Assembly (NCBI GenBank): GCA_965368975.1
Contig: CBDUPA010000001.1
Coordinates: forward strand, 480,001-544,000
DNA length: 64,000 nucleotides
Origin: an uncultured bacterium
Lineage (GTDB): Bacteria; Acidobacteriota; Thermoanaerobaculia; Multivoradales; JAHZIX01
Reading direction: 5' to 3'
A program made the translations under genes and the position numbers. The notes beneath the pieces are model-generated. The model ran no database searches and was not told the origin of the DNA. It was given only the letters and a program-made list of their open reading frames with translations. Below are positions 49,539 through 58,987 of this stretch, in pieces (the first letter of the stretch is position 1; each line of letters opens with the position of its first letter).

Positions 49539-49741
49539 GGTCGAGGCTCTCCTTGGCAGTTGGAGGCCGAGGCTATCACTCGAGTGGGTCCTCTTCGGGG
49601 CGGCCTGGCGGTCGCTGCCGCTGGCCGCTGTCGTGGTCTCACTGCAGCAGAGGCGTGCTTGGCTGCGTGCGGCTTGGTCGATCGACGGTGACTGTGCTAG
49701 AGACTGTACGTGCGGGCGGCATGTTGCCGTTCACACCCAGA

Positions 49742-50947
49742 ATGCCGCCGATGTCGTCTACTGCCCGAACAGCTGATCCTGCGCCCTCGCGCCCCCTGAG
49801 ACCCCAGCCCGAGAGATTGGGCGACACCCGCAGTCTGCTCTCCAGCTGGCACTTCTGGCTGGCGGTGACGCTGTTCTGGGTCTTCTTCGGCTTCATCATC
49901 GGCAATCACATCTACTTCAGCATGCGGGACCACGGGCACGACTGGTTCCGCATCGTGCTGTGGCAAATGGGCGGCTCGGCCGCGTGGATCCTGCTGACGC
50001 CGGCGGTCCTGGCGCTCGACCGCAGGTTTCCGCTGCTCAGTGGTCGCGTGTGGCCGTCGATGTTGGTGCACTTGAGTGCGGCCTTGGTTTTCGCTGCTGT
50101 CCGCCTGGCACCACTGACCGCGCTGTCCCTGGCGCTCGACCCTTTTCGACCGTTCCCGCGCAAGGAGTCCTTCGGCGTCGAATACATGCAGTTGCTCGGC
50201 GAGTGGATGCACCTGGACACCCTGGTCTACGTCGCCATCCTGGCGCTGGCCTACGCGCTCGATTACCGCGAGCGCCACTTCCGCGACAGCCTGCGGGCCT
50301 CGCGCTTGAAGGCCGATCTGGCGGCAGCGCAGGTCCGCGCGCTGGAACTCGAGATCCATCCTCACTTTCTGTTCAACTCCCTCAACGCAATCAACATGCT
50401 GGTGCGCGGTGGTGAACGTGAGAAAGCGTCGGGGATGGTGGTCGGGCTGGCCGATCTGCTGCGCCTGACGCTCAAGCGCCGTGATCGTCAGCTGGTGAGG
50501 GTGGCGGAGGAACTGGAGCACGCGCGGCTCTACCTCGACCTGCAGAAGGCACGCTTCGAAGACCGGTTGCAGGTCGACACCGAGGTTGCCGGTGAGACGC
50601 TGGGCGCTCTGGTGCCGCGCCTGGTGCTGCAGCCACTGGTCGAGAACGCGATCCGTCACGGTATCGAGCGCCGTCGCGGCCGTGGCCGGGTCGCGATTTC
50701 GGCGCGCCGAGTGGAGACGGACGACGGTCCTCGGTTGTGGATCGAGGTCAGCGACGACGGTCCGGGCGTCGAGGCGGACGCGGCATCGAGCGGCAGCGGC
50801 ATCGGGCTCGACAACATCCGCTCGCGCCTGGAAGCGCTGTACGGCGAGCACTGGCGGCTCGAGCTACGCAGCACGCAGGAGGACGGCACGCGCGTGACGA
50901 TGGAGATCCCCTGGCAGGAAGCTGGCCCGATGGAGACGGACACGTGA
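49742..50947 (+). CDS. LytS/YehU-type sensor histidine kinase
   Basis: TM helices, HPHFLFNSLN, LQPLVENAIRHG, DDGPG, GIGL. Confidence 0.9.
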   Translation: MPPMSSTARTADPAPSRPLRPQPERLGDTRSLLSSWHFWLAVTLFWVFFGFIIGNHIYFSMRDHGHDWFRIVLWQMGGSAAWILLTPAVLALDRRFPLLSGRVWPSMLVHLSAALVFAAVRLAPLTALSLALDPFRPFPRKESFGVEYMQLLGEWMHLDTLVYVAILALAYALDYRERHFRDSLRASRLKADLAAAQVRALELEIHPHFLFNSLNAINMLVRGGEREKASGMVVGLADLLRLTLKRRDRQLVRVAEELEHARLYLDLQKARFEDRLQVDTEVAGETLGALVPRLVLQPLVENAIRHGIERRRGRGRVAISARRVETDDGPRLWIEVSDDGPGVEADAASSGSGIGLDNIRSRLEALYGEHWRLELRSTQEDGTRVTMEIPWQEAGPMETDT

Positions 50948-51747
50948 GCGGCGAGCGGCTGCGCGTGGTGCTGGTGGACGACGAACCTCTGGCGCGCCGG
51001 GCGCTGCGCGAAGTCCTCGACGCGGATGACGATCTCGAGGTGGTGGCTGAGTGCGTCGACGGTGAAGATGCGCTACAGGCGATTCGTCAGCAGCGCCCGG
51101 ACCTGTTGCTGCTCGACATTCAGATGCCGGAGATGGACGGTTTCGAAGTGCTGCGCCGTCTGGATGCACGTTCCTCGGAGACCGGTTCTGCAAAGGCCGG
51201 GGCCTTGCCCTGCGTCGTCTTCGTCACCGCGTACGATGAACATGCCGTCCATGCCTTCGAGCAGGCGGCGATCGACTATGTGCTCAAACCGTTCCCGGCG
51301 GCGCGGCTGCGTCAGGCGCTCGAGCGCGCCAAGGAGCGTCTGCGCAGCGCCGAACTCTCCGAGCTGGCGCGCCGCGTGCTGGCACTGGCGGATGCGCGTG
51401 GAGCACGCGACCGGCCGATCTACCTCGAGCGGTTGGCGGTACCCAAGGGCACACGTACGCTGCTGCTGGAGGTCGAGCGGATCGACTGGCTGGAGGCTGC
51501 CGACTACCACGTGCGCCTGCATGTCGGTGACGACAGTCACTTGATCCGCAGGTCGCTCAAGTGGTTCGAGCAGCAACTCGATCCAGCCCGCTTCGTGCGC
51601 GTGCACCGGTCCGCGATGGTCCACCTGCAGCGGGTCAGCGAGCTGCGACGTCTGGGGCCGGACGACTACGTCGCCGTGCTGCCAGGCGAGCGTCAAGTAG
51701 CCCTCAGCCGGGCTGGCCGCGACGCCCTCGGTCAGCTCTTGGGGTGA
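50944..51747 (+). CDS. LytTR response regulator
   Basis: VDDEPLAR, LLDIQMP, FVTAYD, DYVLKP, FVRVHRS. Confidence 0.93.
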   Translation: MSGERLRVVLVDDEPLARRALREVLDADDDLEVVAECVDGEDALQAIRQQRPDLLLLDIQMPEMDGFEVLRRLDARSSETGSAKAGALPCVVFVTAYDEHAVHAFEQAAIDYVLKPFPAARLRQALERAKERLRSAELSELARRVLALADARGARDRPIYLERLAVPKGTRTLLLEVERIDWLEAADYHVRLHVGDDSHLIRRSLKWFEQQLDPARFVRVHRSAMVHLQRVSELRRLGPDDYVAVLPGERQVALSRAGRDALGQLLG

Positions 51748-51935
51748 TACCAGTCCCGGGGCTTGCCTGCACGAATCGCAAGCTCGACTGCAGCTCACTC
51801 TGCAGACGCTGCAAGAGCCGGCGGTCGTTGCCAAGCCCGTGGTAGCATCCGCGGCGAATGGACTAACGACAGGAAATCTATGTCTACAAGAGCCATCGAT
51901 TGCCAACGAAACGAACGACCAGGAGGTTGGATCCC

Positions 51936-52988
51936 ATGAGGCCAAGACAAGCAAGGCGCGGCGTGCTGCGCGGAATCGGAGGGTTGGGTTTGGCTCTGCT
52001 GGGCGGCGTCCTCGGCCTGACCCTGGGCGCTTGCGACAGTGGCCCGCGTCCTATGGAAATTCGCTTCGATGCACGCTTCGGCGAAGAGCCCGCGCGCTGC
52101 GATACGCGCTACGACGGCGTTGGCGCCGCCGGCACGACGGTCGAGATCGGTGACGCCCGCCTCTACGTGTCCAACCTGCAACTCGTGCGCGCCGATGGCA
52201 CCACGGAGCCGCTGGTCCTCGACCAGGACACGCCGTGGCAGCATGAGTCGGCAGCCTTGCTCGACTTCGAAGACCGCACTGGCCGTTGCTCGGAGGTCGG
52301 CACCGCCGAGATGAACAGCGTGGTGCGCGGCAGCGCGCCGGGCGGCGAGTACACCGGCTTGAGTTTCGACATCGGCCTGCCGCACGAGTTCAACCACGGC
52401 GATGCTACGACCGCGCCGTCACCGCTCAACGTCAACGCCATGTACTGGAACTGGCAGATGGGCTACATCTTCGCCAAGTTCGACTTCTGGGTTCCCGAGC
52501 CGCCAGCCCCAGAGGCCCCCGCCGAGGGGGAGGCTGGGGCTGAAGCGGTCGCCTCCGCAGTAGCCGCGGAGAGTGGGGAAGAGGTTCTGGGCGGCGTCGG
52601 TGTCGAGCGAGGCGGCGCGCGGCCCAACATCGCCTACCTGGCGCACATCGGCAGCACCGGCTGTGTTTCAGCGGCGCCGATCCTGCCCCCGGGCGACCCT
52701 TGTGCGCACGGCAACCGTGTCCATGTCGAGTTGACCCCGTTCGACCCTGCCTCGCAGGTCGTCGTCCTGGACCTGGCTTCCTGGCTGCGAGACATCGACG
52801 TTTCGCGCTCGGTGCCGCGGCCACCGGGCTGCATGGCGGACACCAGCGATCCGGATTGTGCCGAGGTGTTCGGTGCCGTCGGTCTCGATCTGGCCACCGG
52901 CGAGTGCGTCGACGGCTGCAGCAGTCAGAAGCTGGTACGAGCCGGAGCGCCTGCCGCGGCTGCCAGCACGGAGGCTCCGGCATCATGA
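51936..52988 (+). CDS. mbnP: MbnP-family copper-binding lipoprotein (metallo-mystery pair)
   Basis: DARLYVS, WQ...ALLDFE, NHGD, MYWNWQMGY (WxW), HIGSTGC, GCM; lipobox LGAC. Confidence 0.85.
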   Translation: MRPRQARRGVLRGIGGLGLALLGGVLGLTLGACDSGPRPMEIRFDARFGEEPARCDTRYDGVGAAGTTVEIGDARLYVSNLQLVRADGTTEPLVLDQDTPWQHESAALLDFEDRTGRCSEVGTAEMNSVVRGSAPGGEYTGLSFDIGLPHEFNHGDATTAPSPLNVNAMYWNWQMGYIFAKFDFWVPEPPAPEAPAEGEAGAEAVASAVAAESGEEVLGGVGVERGGARPNIAYLAHIGSTGCVSAAPILPPGDPCAHGNRVHVELTPFDPASQVVVLDLASWLRDIDVSRSVPRPPGCMADTSDPDCAEVFGAVGLDLATGECVDGCSSQKLVRAGAPAAAASTEAPAS

Positions 52989-54910
52989 CGCCGCGCGAGG
53001 GTCGACTCTGGGTCTCGGCGGCGATCGCGATGCTCGTCGCGGGTTGGATTCACCTCGCCATCGCGCCGGCTCACTTTGCGCACGCCCCTGCTCATGGGCT
53101 CTTCTTCGGCGTACTGGGAGCGCTGCAGATCCTCTGGCTCTTGCTCTTGGGCGTTGCCGAACCGCTGACCGGTCGCAGCCGCACCTGGCGCCAGCGGATG
53201 TTCGAACTGCTGCGCTTGTCGGGGCTTTGGCTCAGCGGCGGAGCGGTCATGTTGTGGTTGCTGACCCAGGTGCTGCGACCACCGTTCGCGCTGCAGCCGG
53301 AACCGATCGACAACCCGACGCTGCTCAGCAAGTTGGCGGAATTGGCCGTGGCGGCCATCCTGGTACGGTTGTCCCCGGCCACCGGTGCCGCGCTGCGGGC
53401 CGCGGGCGGTCGTTCCAGCCGTCAAGTACGTCTCAGTCTGCGACGCTCGACCCTGGCGGGAGCCGCCTGGGCGGTAGTGGCCGGCCTGGCGATGTGGGGT
53501 GGCGGTCTGTTCGCCGAGGATCAGCTGCCGCGCCTCAAGCCCGCCGCCATGACCGCGGGCACGGGTGTCGTCGACGACGGCCACGACCACGAGCACGACG
53601 ACGACACGCCACCGCCGAGCTTCGGGGAGTACGTTTCCGCGGCTAGCCGCCTGGTCGGTTCGCTGCTCGGACCGCCGCCCGTCTATGACTGGCAGCTGCC
53701 ATCGCACTTCCCACCGCCGCTGGTGCCGGCTGACAACCCGGTCACCGCGGAGAAGGTGCAGCTCGGCCGCTTCCTGTTCTACGACCGCAAGCTCGCTGGC
53801 AACGGCCAGCAAGCCTGTGCTTCCTGCCACCTGCAGAAGTTCGCCTTCAGCGACGCCAAGGCGACCTCGGTCGGCTCCACGGGAGAGGAGCTGCCGCGCA
53901 ACTCCATGGCCCTGGTCAACGTGGTCTACAACCCGTCGCAGACCTGGGGACACCCGAACCTCGAGCAGCTGGAAGACCAGCTCCTGATTCCCATGTTCGG
54001 CACCCACCCGGTCGAACTCGGCATGGCGGGCAACGAGGACGCCATCCTCGAGCGCTTGCGTGGCCAGCCGGCCTACCAGGAACTCTTCCCGCTCGCCTTC
54101 CCAGCTGACGCCGATCCGATCAACATGGCCAATATCGTCCGGGCCCTGGCCAGCTTCACGCGCACCCTGATTTCCAGCGACTCGGCCTATGACCGCTTCG
54201 TCCAGGGAGACACCGAGGCCTTGTCCGCGTCGGCGCGCCGCGGCATGGGGCTGTTCCTGTCCGAGGACTTCGAGTGTCACCACTGCCACGGTGGTTTCAA
54301 CTTCACCGTCGCCGCGGTGCACGCCAACACCGCATTCGTCGAGAAGGTGTTCCACAACACCGGCCTCTACAACCTCGGCGACGGCGCCTACCCACACGGC
54401 AACCAGGGGGTCTTCGAGATCACCCAGAAGCCCGAGGACAGGGGCAAGTTCCGGCCGCCGAGCCTGCGCAATATCGCGCTCACCGCACCCTACATGCACG
54501 ACGGCTCGATCGCGACGCTGGAGGAAGTGATCGAGACCTATGCCGCCGGCGGACGGGTCATCGAGGACGGTCCCTACGCGGGGGACGGGCGCAAGAATCC
54601 GCACAAGAGCGGATTTGTCCCCGGCTTCCCGATGACCGAGCAGGAGCGGGACGACCTGGTCGCCTTCCTGCACGCGCTCACCGACGACAGCTTCGTCACC
54701 GATCCGCGCTACTCGGACCCGTTCGTGCAGCCGCTGCCGTCGTCGGCCACAACGACTCAGCAGACGCGACTGAGTGAACCGGTCGATCTGCCCAGCATAG
54801 AGGCCCATGACGGCCATGACGCTCACGCTGCCACGGATCTCTCCCTGCTGGCGGACGCCTCCGGTGTCGTTTGCCGGCACGGTGAGTGTGTCGAGGTGCC
54901 GCGGCTCTAG
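52985..54910 (+). CDS. mbnH: MbnH-family di-heme enzyme fused to an N-terminal His-rich membrane domain
   Basis: VPADNP, LGRFLFYD, CASCH, CHHCH, SLRNIALTAPYMHDG; N-terminal 4-5 TM with IHLAIAPAHFAH..HG. Confidence 0.85.
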   Translation: MTPREGRLWVSAAIAMLVAGWIHLAIAPAHFAHAPAHGLFFGVLGALQILWLLLLGVAEPLTGRSRTWRQRMFELLRLSGLWLSGGAVMLWLLTQVLRPPFALQPEPIDNPTLLSKLAELAVAAILVRLSPATGAALRAAGGRSSRQVRLSLRRSTLAGAAWAVVAGLAMWGGGLFAEDQLPRLKPAAMTAGTGVVDDGHDHEHDDDTPPPSFGEYVSAASRLVGSLLGPPPVYDWQLPSHFPPPLVPADNPVTAEKVQLGRFLFYDRKLAGNGQQACASCHLQKFAFSDAKATSVGSTGEELPRNSMALVNVVYNPSQTWGHPNLEQLEDQLLIPMFGTHPVELGMAGNEDAILERLRGQPAYQELFPLAFPADADPINMANIVRALASFTRTLISSDSAYDRFVQGDTEALSASARRGMGLFLSEDFECHHCHGGFNFTVAAVHANTAFVEKVFHNTGLYNLGDGAYPHGNQGVFEITQKPEDRGKFRPPSLRNIALTAPYMHDGSIATLEEVIETYAAGGRVIEDGPYAGDGRKNPHKSGFVPGFPMTEQERDDLVAFLHALTDDSFVTDPRYSDPFVQPLPSSATTTQQTRLSEPVDLPSIEAHDGHDAHAATDLSLLADASGVVCRHGECVEVPRL

Positions 54911-54991
54911 CGAGCTGCCGGCCCCTCTCCGAAGCGAGCGGTTCCCAGGCGACAGGCTCCCTGCAGGAAAGGCCTTATAGGAACGGCCCCC

Positions 54992-56293
54992 CTATAGGAA
55001 AGGACTGCCCGGCGGGGCCTCGAGTGTCGCCCGGGTGATCGCCGCGCGCGTCGTGGTGCCGGCGAAGCGCATCGCGCGCACCAGCTCGCCCTGCAGCAGT
55101 GCCAGCACCTGCTCGACGCCCGCCTGGCCGAAGGCGCCAAGGCCCCAGATCTGCGGGCGACCGAGACACACCGCGTCGGCGCCGAGCGCCAGGGCCTTGA
55201 AAACGTCTGTACCGCGCCGGAAGCCGCTGTCGATCAGTACCGGACCGGCACCGTCCATGGCATCGATCACCTCGGGCAGGGCTTCCAGCGCGCTGCGTCC
55301 GCCCGGTCCCTGGCGGCCGCCGTGGGTCGAGACGATGACGCCATCACAGCCGTGCTCACGCGCCAGGCGCGTGTCCTCGGCGGTCAAGATGCCCTTGATC
55401 AGCACCTTCATCGACGTCCGGGCGCGCAGCCAGTCGACGAACTCCCAGCTCAAGCCCGGGTTGGTCGGTGCCAGCGGCTCGTCTTCTTCGGCGATGTTGC
55501 CGAAGCGCAGCCGGCCGCTCAGCACCATGCGCACCACGCCACGCAGTCCCGGTTCGCGGTTGCCACCCACCGGCGTGTCGACGGTCAAGGCGACCGCCGG
55601 ACAACCTTGGGCCTCGACGCGCCGCAGCAGGTCGGCGAGCAGCGAACGGTCCCAGCGGGCATAGAGCTGAAACCAGGGCACGGCGCCTCCCTCGAAGGCC
55701 GTTGTGGCGGTGGTGATGTCCTCGAAGGACGCGCTGGTCAGCGTCGCGGCGATCATGCGGTGGCCTTGCGCACCAGCTGCGCGCGCGGTCGGTAGCTCGC
55801 CCTCGGGGTGGAAGGCGTTCTGGATGCCGATCGGTGCCAGGAAGATCGGCGACGCGTAGCGCTCGCCGAAGATCTCCACCGAGGTGTCGATGTCGCGCAC
55901 GTCGATCAGCCGGCGGATGCGCAGCTGTAGCGCGCGAAAGATCTCCTCGTTGCGACGCAGCGTGACGCCGTCGTCGACGCCGGTCGACAGCCAGCGCCAG
56001 GAGTCGGGATGGATCTTGTCGACCGCCAGGTCGCGCAGTTGGAAGACGTTGAGGGCCTCCTCGGCGCTGCGCGGCACCGGCTCGCCGTAGAACGGAGCAT
56101 CTGCGAAAGGGTCGGCCGTTTGGGGCAGCGCGCGTGCGCTCCCCGTGCCGAGCACGGAGCCAGCCAGCAGCGGCGAGGCCAGCAACGGTGAAGCGGCCAG
56201 AAAGCGCAGAAAGGCGCGCCGCTGCACGTCGATCGTCGCTGCGCCGATCGCTGCTTCGCCCTGGGTGTTCCTGTCTCGCAGATCCTTCGCCAT
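54992..56293 (-). CDS. Tat-exported FMN-dependent alpha-hydroxy-acid oxidase
   Basis: QRRAFL signal; LAPIG, WFQLY, TVD, IKG, HGGRQ, DSGFRRGTDVFKALALGA. Confidence 0.9.
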   Translation of the reverse strand: MAKDLRDRNTQGEAAIGAATIDVQRRAFLRFLAASPLLASPLLAGSVLGTGSARALPQTADPFADAPFYGEPVPRSAEEALNVFQLRDLAVDKIHPDSWRWLSTGVDDGVTLRRNEEIFRALQLRIRRLIDVRDIDTSVEIFGERYASPIFLAPIGIQNAFHPEGELPTARAAGAQGHRMIAATLTSASFEDITTATTAFEGGAVPWFQLYARWDRSLLADLLRRVEAQGCPAVALTVDTPVGGNREPGLRGVVRMVLSGRLRFGNIAEEDEPLAPTNPGLSWEFVDWLRARTSMKVLIKGILTAEDTRLAREHGCDGVIVSTHGGRQGPGGRSALEALPEVIDAMDGAGPVLIDSGFRRGTDVFKALALGADAVCLGRPQIWGLGAFGQAGVEQVLALLQGELVRAMRFAGTTTRAAITRATLEAPPGSPFL

Positions 56294-56341
56294 GACTGTC
56301 CTCTATTAGATCAAAATTCGGAATATAGGCCTTGCGGCTGT

Positions 56342-57730
56342 TCAGCCTTCGGTCTCGTCCGGAGCTTCTGATGCCGGCTCCGGCGAGGACTCGGGAGCAC
56401 CGACGGCGATCAAGGCCACCGAGGTACGCAGGAAGATCTGCCCTCCGGCGATGGCGGGTGAGCTGAGCGTGTAGCCGGCCAGGGCCGGACTCTCGAACTC
56501 ATTGGTCGCCAAGACTTCGAACTCCGGTCCCGCCTTCAGGACGGTCGTCACGCCCGTCTCGTTGATCACGTAGACGCGCCCGTCGGCGAGCACCGGGGAG
56601 GCGCTGTAGGAGCCCGTCGGCAGTCGCTGGGGCCCGTAGAGTGCTTCGCCGGTAGCGGCGTCGAGGCAGTAGGCGAACCCCTGGTCCGTGATCATGTAGA
56701 CGTACTTGCCGTCGGTGACCGGGGTCGGCACGTCGGTTCCCTTTTCCAGCTGCCAGGCGAGCTTCGGCGTGGATTGAGAACCCGCGTCGAAGGCGACCAC
56801 CGGTCCCCGCTTGCCGAAGGCGTAGATGCGCTGCCCGTGGATCAGCGGCGAGGCGACCACGCGCCCGGCCGGGTTGTTGCTCGGGTTGATGCCTGGCACG
56901 CGCCACAGCTCTTTGCCGCTGTCCAGGTCGTGGCCGGTGATCACGTCACCACCGCTGATCACCAACTCGACGCTGCCCCGTCCGTCCCCGTCGCGCTCGA
57001 GCAGCATGGGGGTGGTGTAGGCGTCCGGGGACTCTTGCAGCGCGTCGGTCGGTCGTTCGATGCGCCAGCGCGTTGCACCGCTCGCCTTGTCGAGGCGCAG
57101 TAGGTACGAGGGCTCGTCCGTGTTCGAGCCGTGCAGCACCTGCAGGTAGAGCGAGTCGCCGTGTAGCAGCGGCGACGAGGCGTAGCCGAACATCAGGCCG
57201 AAGGCACCGTAGTCGGCCTGCAGGTCGCGGCTCCAGACTTCCTTGCCGCCGAAGTCAAAGGCCTTGAGTACGCCGGTACCGGTGATCACCCATACGTGTT
57301 CGCCGTCGGTCACCGGAGACGGCGAGGACATGTTGTGCTTGTAGCGTACCTCGTTGCCCTCGCCCAGCTGGCGCTGCCAGAGGATCTCGCCGCTCTGCCG
57401 GTCGACCGCCCACAAGGCCAGGCTCTTGTCCTGCTCCGGATCGTGCCCGACCTGCAGGAAGATGTGGTCGCCCCAGATGATCGGTGTCGCACCGCTGAGC
57501 GCCGGTAGCGGCAGCGACCAGGCGATGTTGCTCTCCGCATCCCAGGTCAGGGGCAGGTCCGTGGCGCTGCTGGTGCCGTCGAAGTGGGGTCCGCGCCAGT
57601 GCGGCCAGCTGTCGGTATCGGCCCGTGCGGCGGCGGGCAGGAGGGTGGCGAGCAGCAAGCTGCCGACGATCCAGGCGCTGAAGAGCCGGCGGTGCACGGA
57701 GATTGAGGAGGGCAGCGGTCGACGTGGCAT
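56342..57730 (-). CDS. PQQ-binding-like (BamB-type) beta-propeller protein
   Basis: WPHWRGP, repeated W..../SSP motifs, [14 protein letters not shown]; signal peptide. Confidence 0.88.
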   Translation of the reverse strand: MPRRPLPSSISVHRRLFSAWIVGSLLLATLLPAAARADTDSWPHWRGPHFDGTSSATDLPLTWDAESNIAWSLPLPALSGATPIIWGDHIFLQVGHDPEQDKSLALWAVDRQSGEILWQRQLGEGNEVRYKHNMSSPSPVTDGEHVWVITGTGVLKAFDFGGKEVWSRDLQADYGAFGLMFGYASSPLLHGDSLYLQVLHGSNTDEPSYLLRLDKASGATRWRIERPTDALQESPDAYTTPMLLERDGDGRGSVELVISGGDVITGHDLDSGKELWRVPGINPSNNPAGRVVASPLIHGQRIYAFGKRGPVVAFDAGSQSTPKLAWQLEKGTDVPTPVTDGKYVYMITDQGFAYCLDAATGEALYGPQRLPTGSYSASPVLADGRVYVINETGVTTVLKAGPEFEVLATNEFESPALAGYTLSSPAIAGGQIFLRTSVALIAVGAPESSPEPASEAPDETEG

Positions 57731-57835
57731 GGCGGTTCTCCTTCGTAGAGTCGAGATCTTCGTAATCCAGCACTGACAAGAGCGAGGCATCGAGGGCAGG
57801 GCGATTGTATCCGAGGAATCTGGAACAATGCGGGC

Positions 57836-58975
57836 ATGCGCGTGCTAGCTCTCGAGCCCTATGATGGTGGTAGCCACAAGGCCTTTCTGGACGGCTGGAT
57901 CGGTGCTGGCGAGACGGCCAGCCGTCACCAGTGGACGCGGCTGGGGCTGCCGCCGTCAAAGTGGAAGTGGCGCATGCGCCACGCGGCGTTGACCTTCGCC
58001 GAGAAGGTTGAAGCACTCGCCAGCGAGGGAGGTGGCTGGGACGTTCTCTTTGTCACCAGCATGCTCGACCTGGCCCAGTTCCGTGGCCTGGCGCCGCCGG
58101 CCGTCGCGCGCTTGCCGGCGGTTCTCTACTTCCACGAGAACCAGCTCACCTACCCGGTGCGCGAAGAACGCGAGCGCGACCTGCACTTCGCCTTCACTCA
58201 CCTGACCAGCGCCGCGGCAGCCGACCAGGTGTGGTTCAACTCCGCCTTCCACCGTGACGAGTTCCTCACCGCCCTCGAGAACCTCGTCCGCCGTCTGCCC
58301 GACTTCCAGCCCCGCGCCGTGGTCGAGGCCTTGCGGGGCAAGAGCCGTGTCGAACCGCCCGGTATCGACCCTCTGCCACGGAGATCATCACGCGGGCAGA
58401 CAGCGCGGCGCCCCGGTCCGCTGCGCCTGCTGTGGGCTGCCCGTTGGGAGCATGACAAGGATCCGGAGACTTTCTTCGCCGCGCTCGACGAGCTGGCCGT
58501 CCGCCTGGCGACGCACGGTGTCGACTTCCGCCTGAGTGTCCTCGGGGAGCACTTCCGCGACGTTCCGCCCGTCTTCGAACAGGCACGGCGGCGTCACGCG
58601 GAGCGCATCGATCATTGGGGCTTCCAGCCGCGGAGCGTGTACCGGCAGGTGCTCGCCGAGGCCGACATCCTGGTGTCGACGGCGCAGCACGAGTTCTTCG
58701 GCATCTCGGTCGTCGAGGCCGTCGCGGCGGGGGTGCTGCCGCTGGTGCCACGGCGGTTGGCTTATCCGGACGTGCTGAAGGGCTTGGAAGCGGCAGGGGA
58801 GGCGTGCTTCTACGAGACCCTGGAAGACCTCGTAGACCGGCTGACGCAGCTGGCGCGGAGCGCGGAGCGCGGGGACGAGATGCCGCTCAGTGCCGAGCAG
58901 CTACGGGCGTCGGTGGCGCGGTACTTCTGGCCTCGGCGCCGCGCAGAACTGGATGCGGCGATCGCCAGAGACTGA
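57836..58975 (+). CDS. DUF3524 GT-B glycosyltransferase (GTDC1/QTMAN homologue)
   Basis: LEPYDGGSH, WKWRMR, YFHENQLTYP, FNSAFH, RWEHDKDP, STAQHEFFG...EA, PRRLAYP. Confidence 0.88.
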   Translation: MRVLALEPYDGGSHKAFLDGWIGAGETASRHQWTRLGLPPSKWKWRMRHAALTFAEKVEALASEGGGWDVLFVTSMLDLAQFRGLAPPAVARLPAVLYFHENQLTYPVREERERDLHFAFTHLTSAAAADQVWFNSAFHRDEFLTALENLVRRLPDFQPRAVVEALRGKSRVEPPGIDPLPRRSSRGQTARRPGPLRLLWAARWEHDKDPETFFAALDELAVRLATHGVDFRLSVLGEHFRDVPPVFEQARRRHAERIDHWGFQPRSVYRQVLAEADILVSTAQHEFFGISVVEAVAAGVLPLVPRRLAYPDVLKGLEAAGEACFYETLEDLVDRLTQLARSAERGDEMPLSAEQLRASVARYFWPRRRAELDAAIARD

Positions 58976-58987
58976 GCTTCACCGCAG

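Noticed and set aside
49560-49740. Possible LytTR direct-repeat binding site
   Set aside because: The gcttgg repeats are 15 nt apart and do not fit the usual LytTR spacing convincingly.
52925-54880. 651-aa minus-strand ORF
   Set aside because: Antisense shadow of mbnH.
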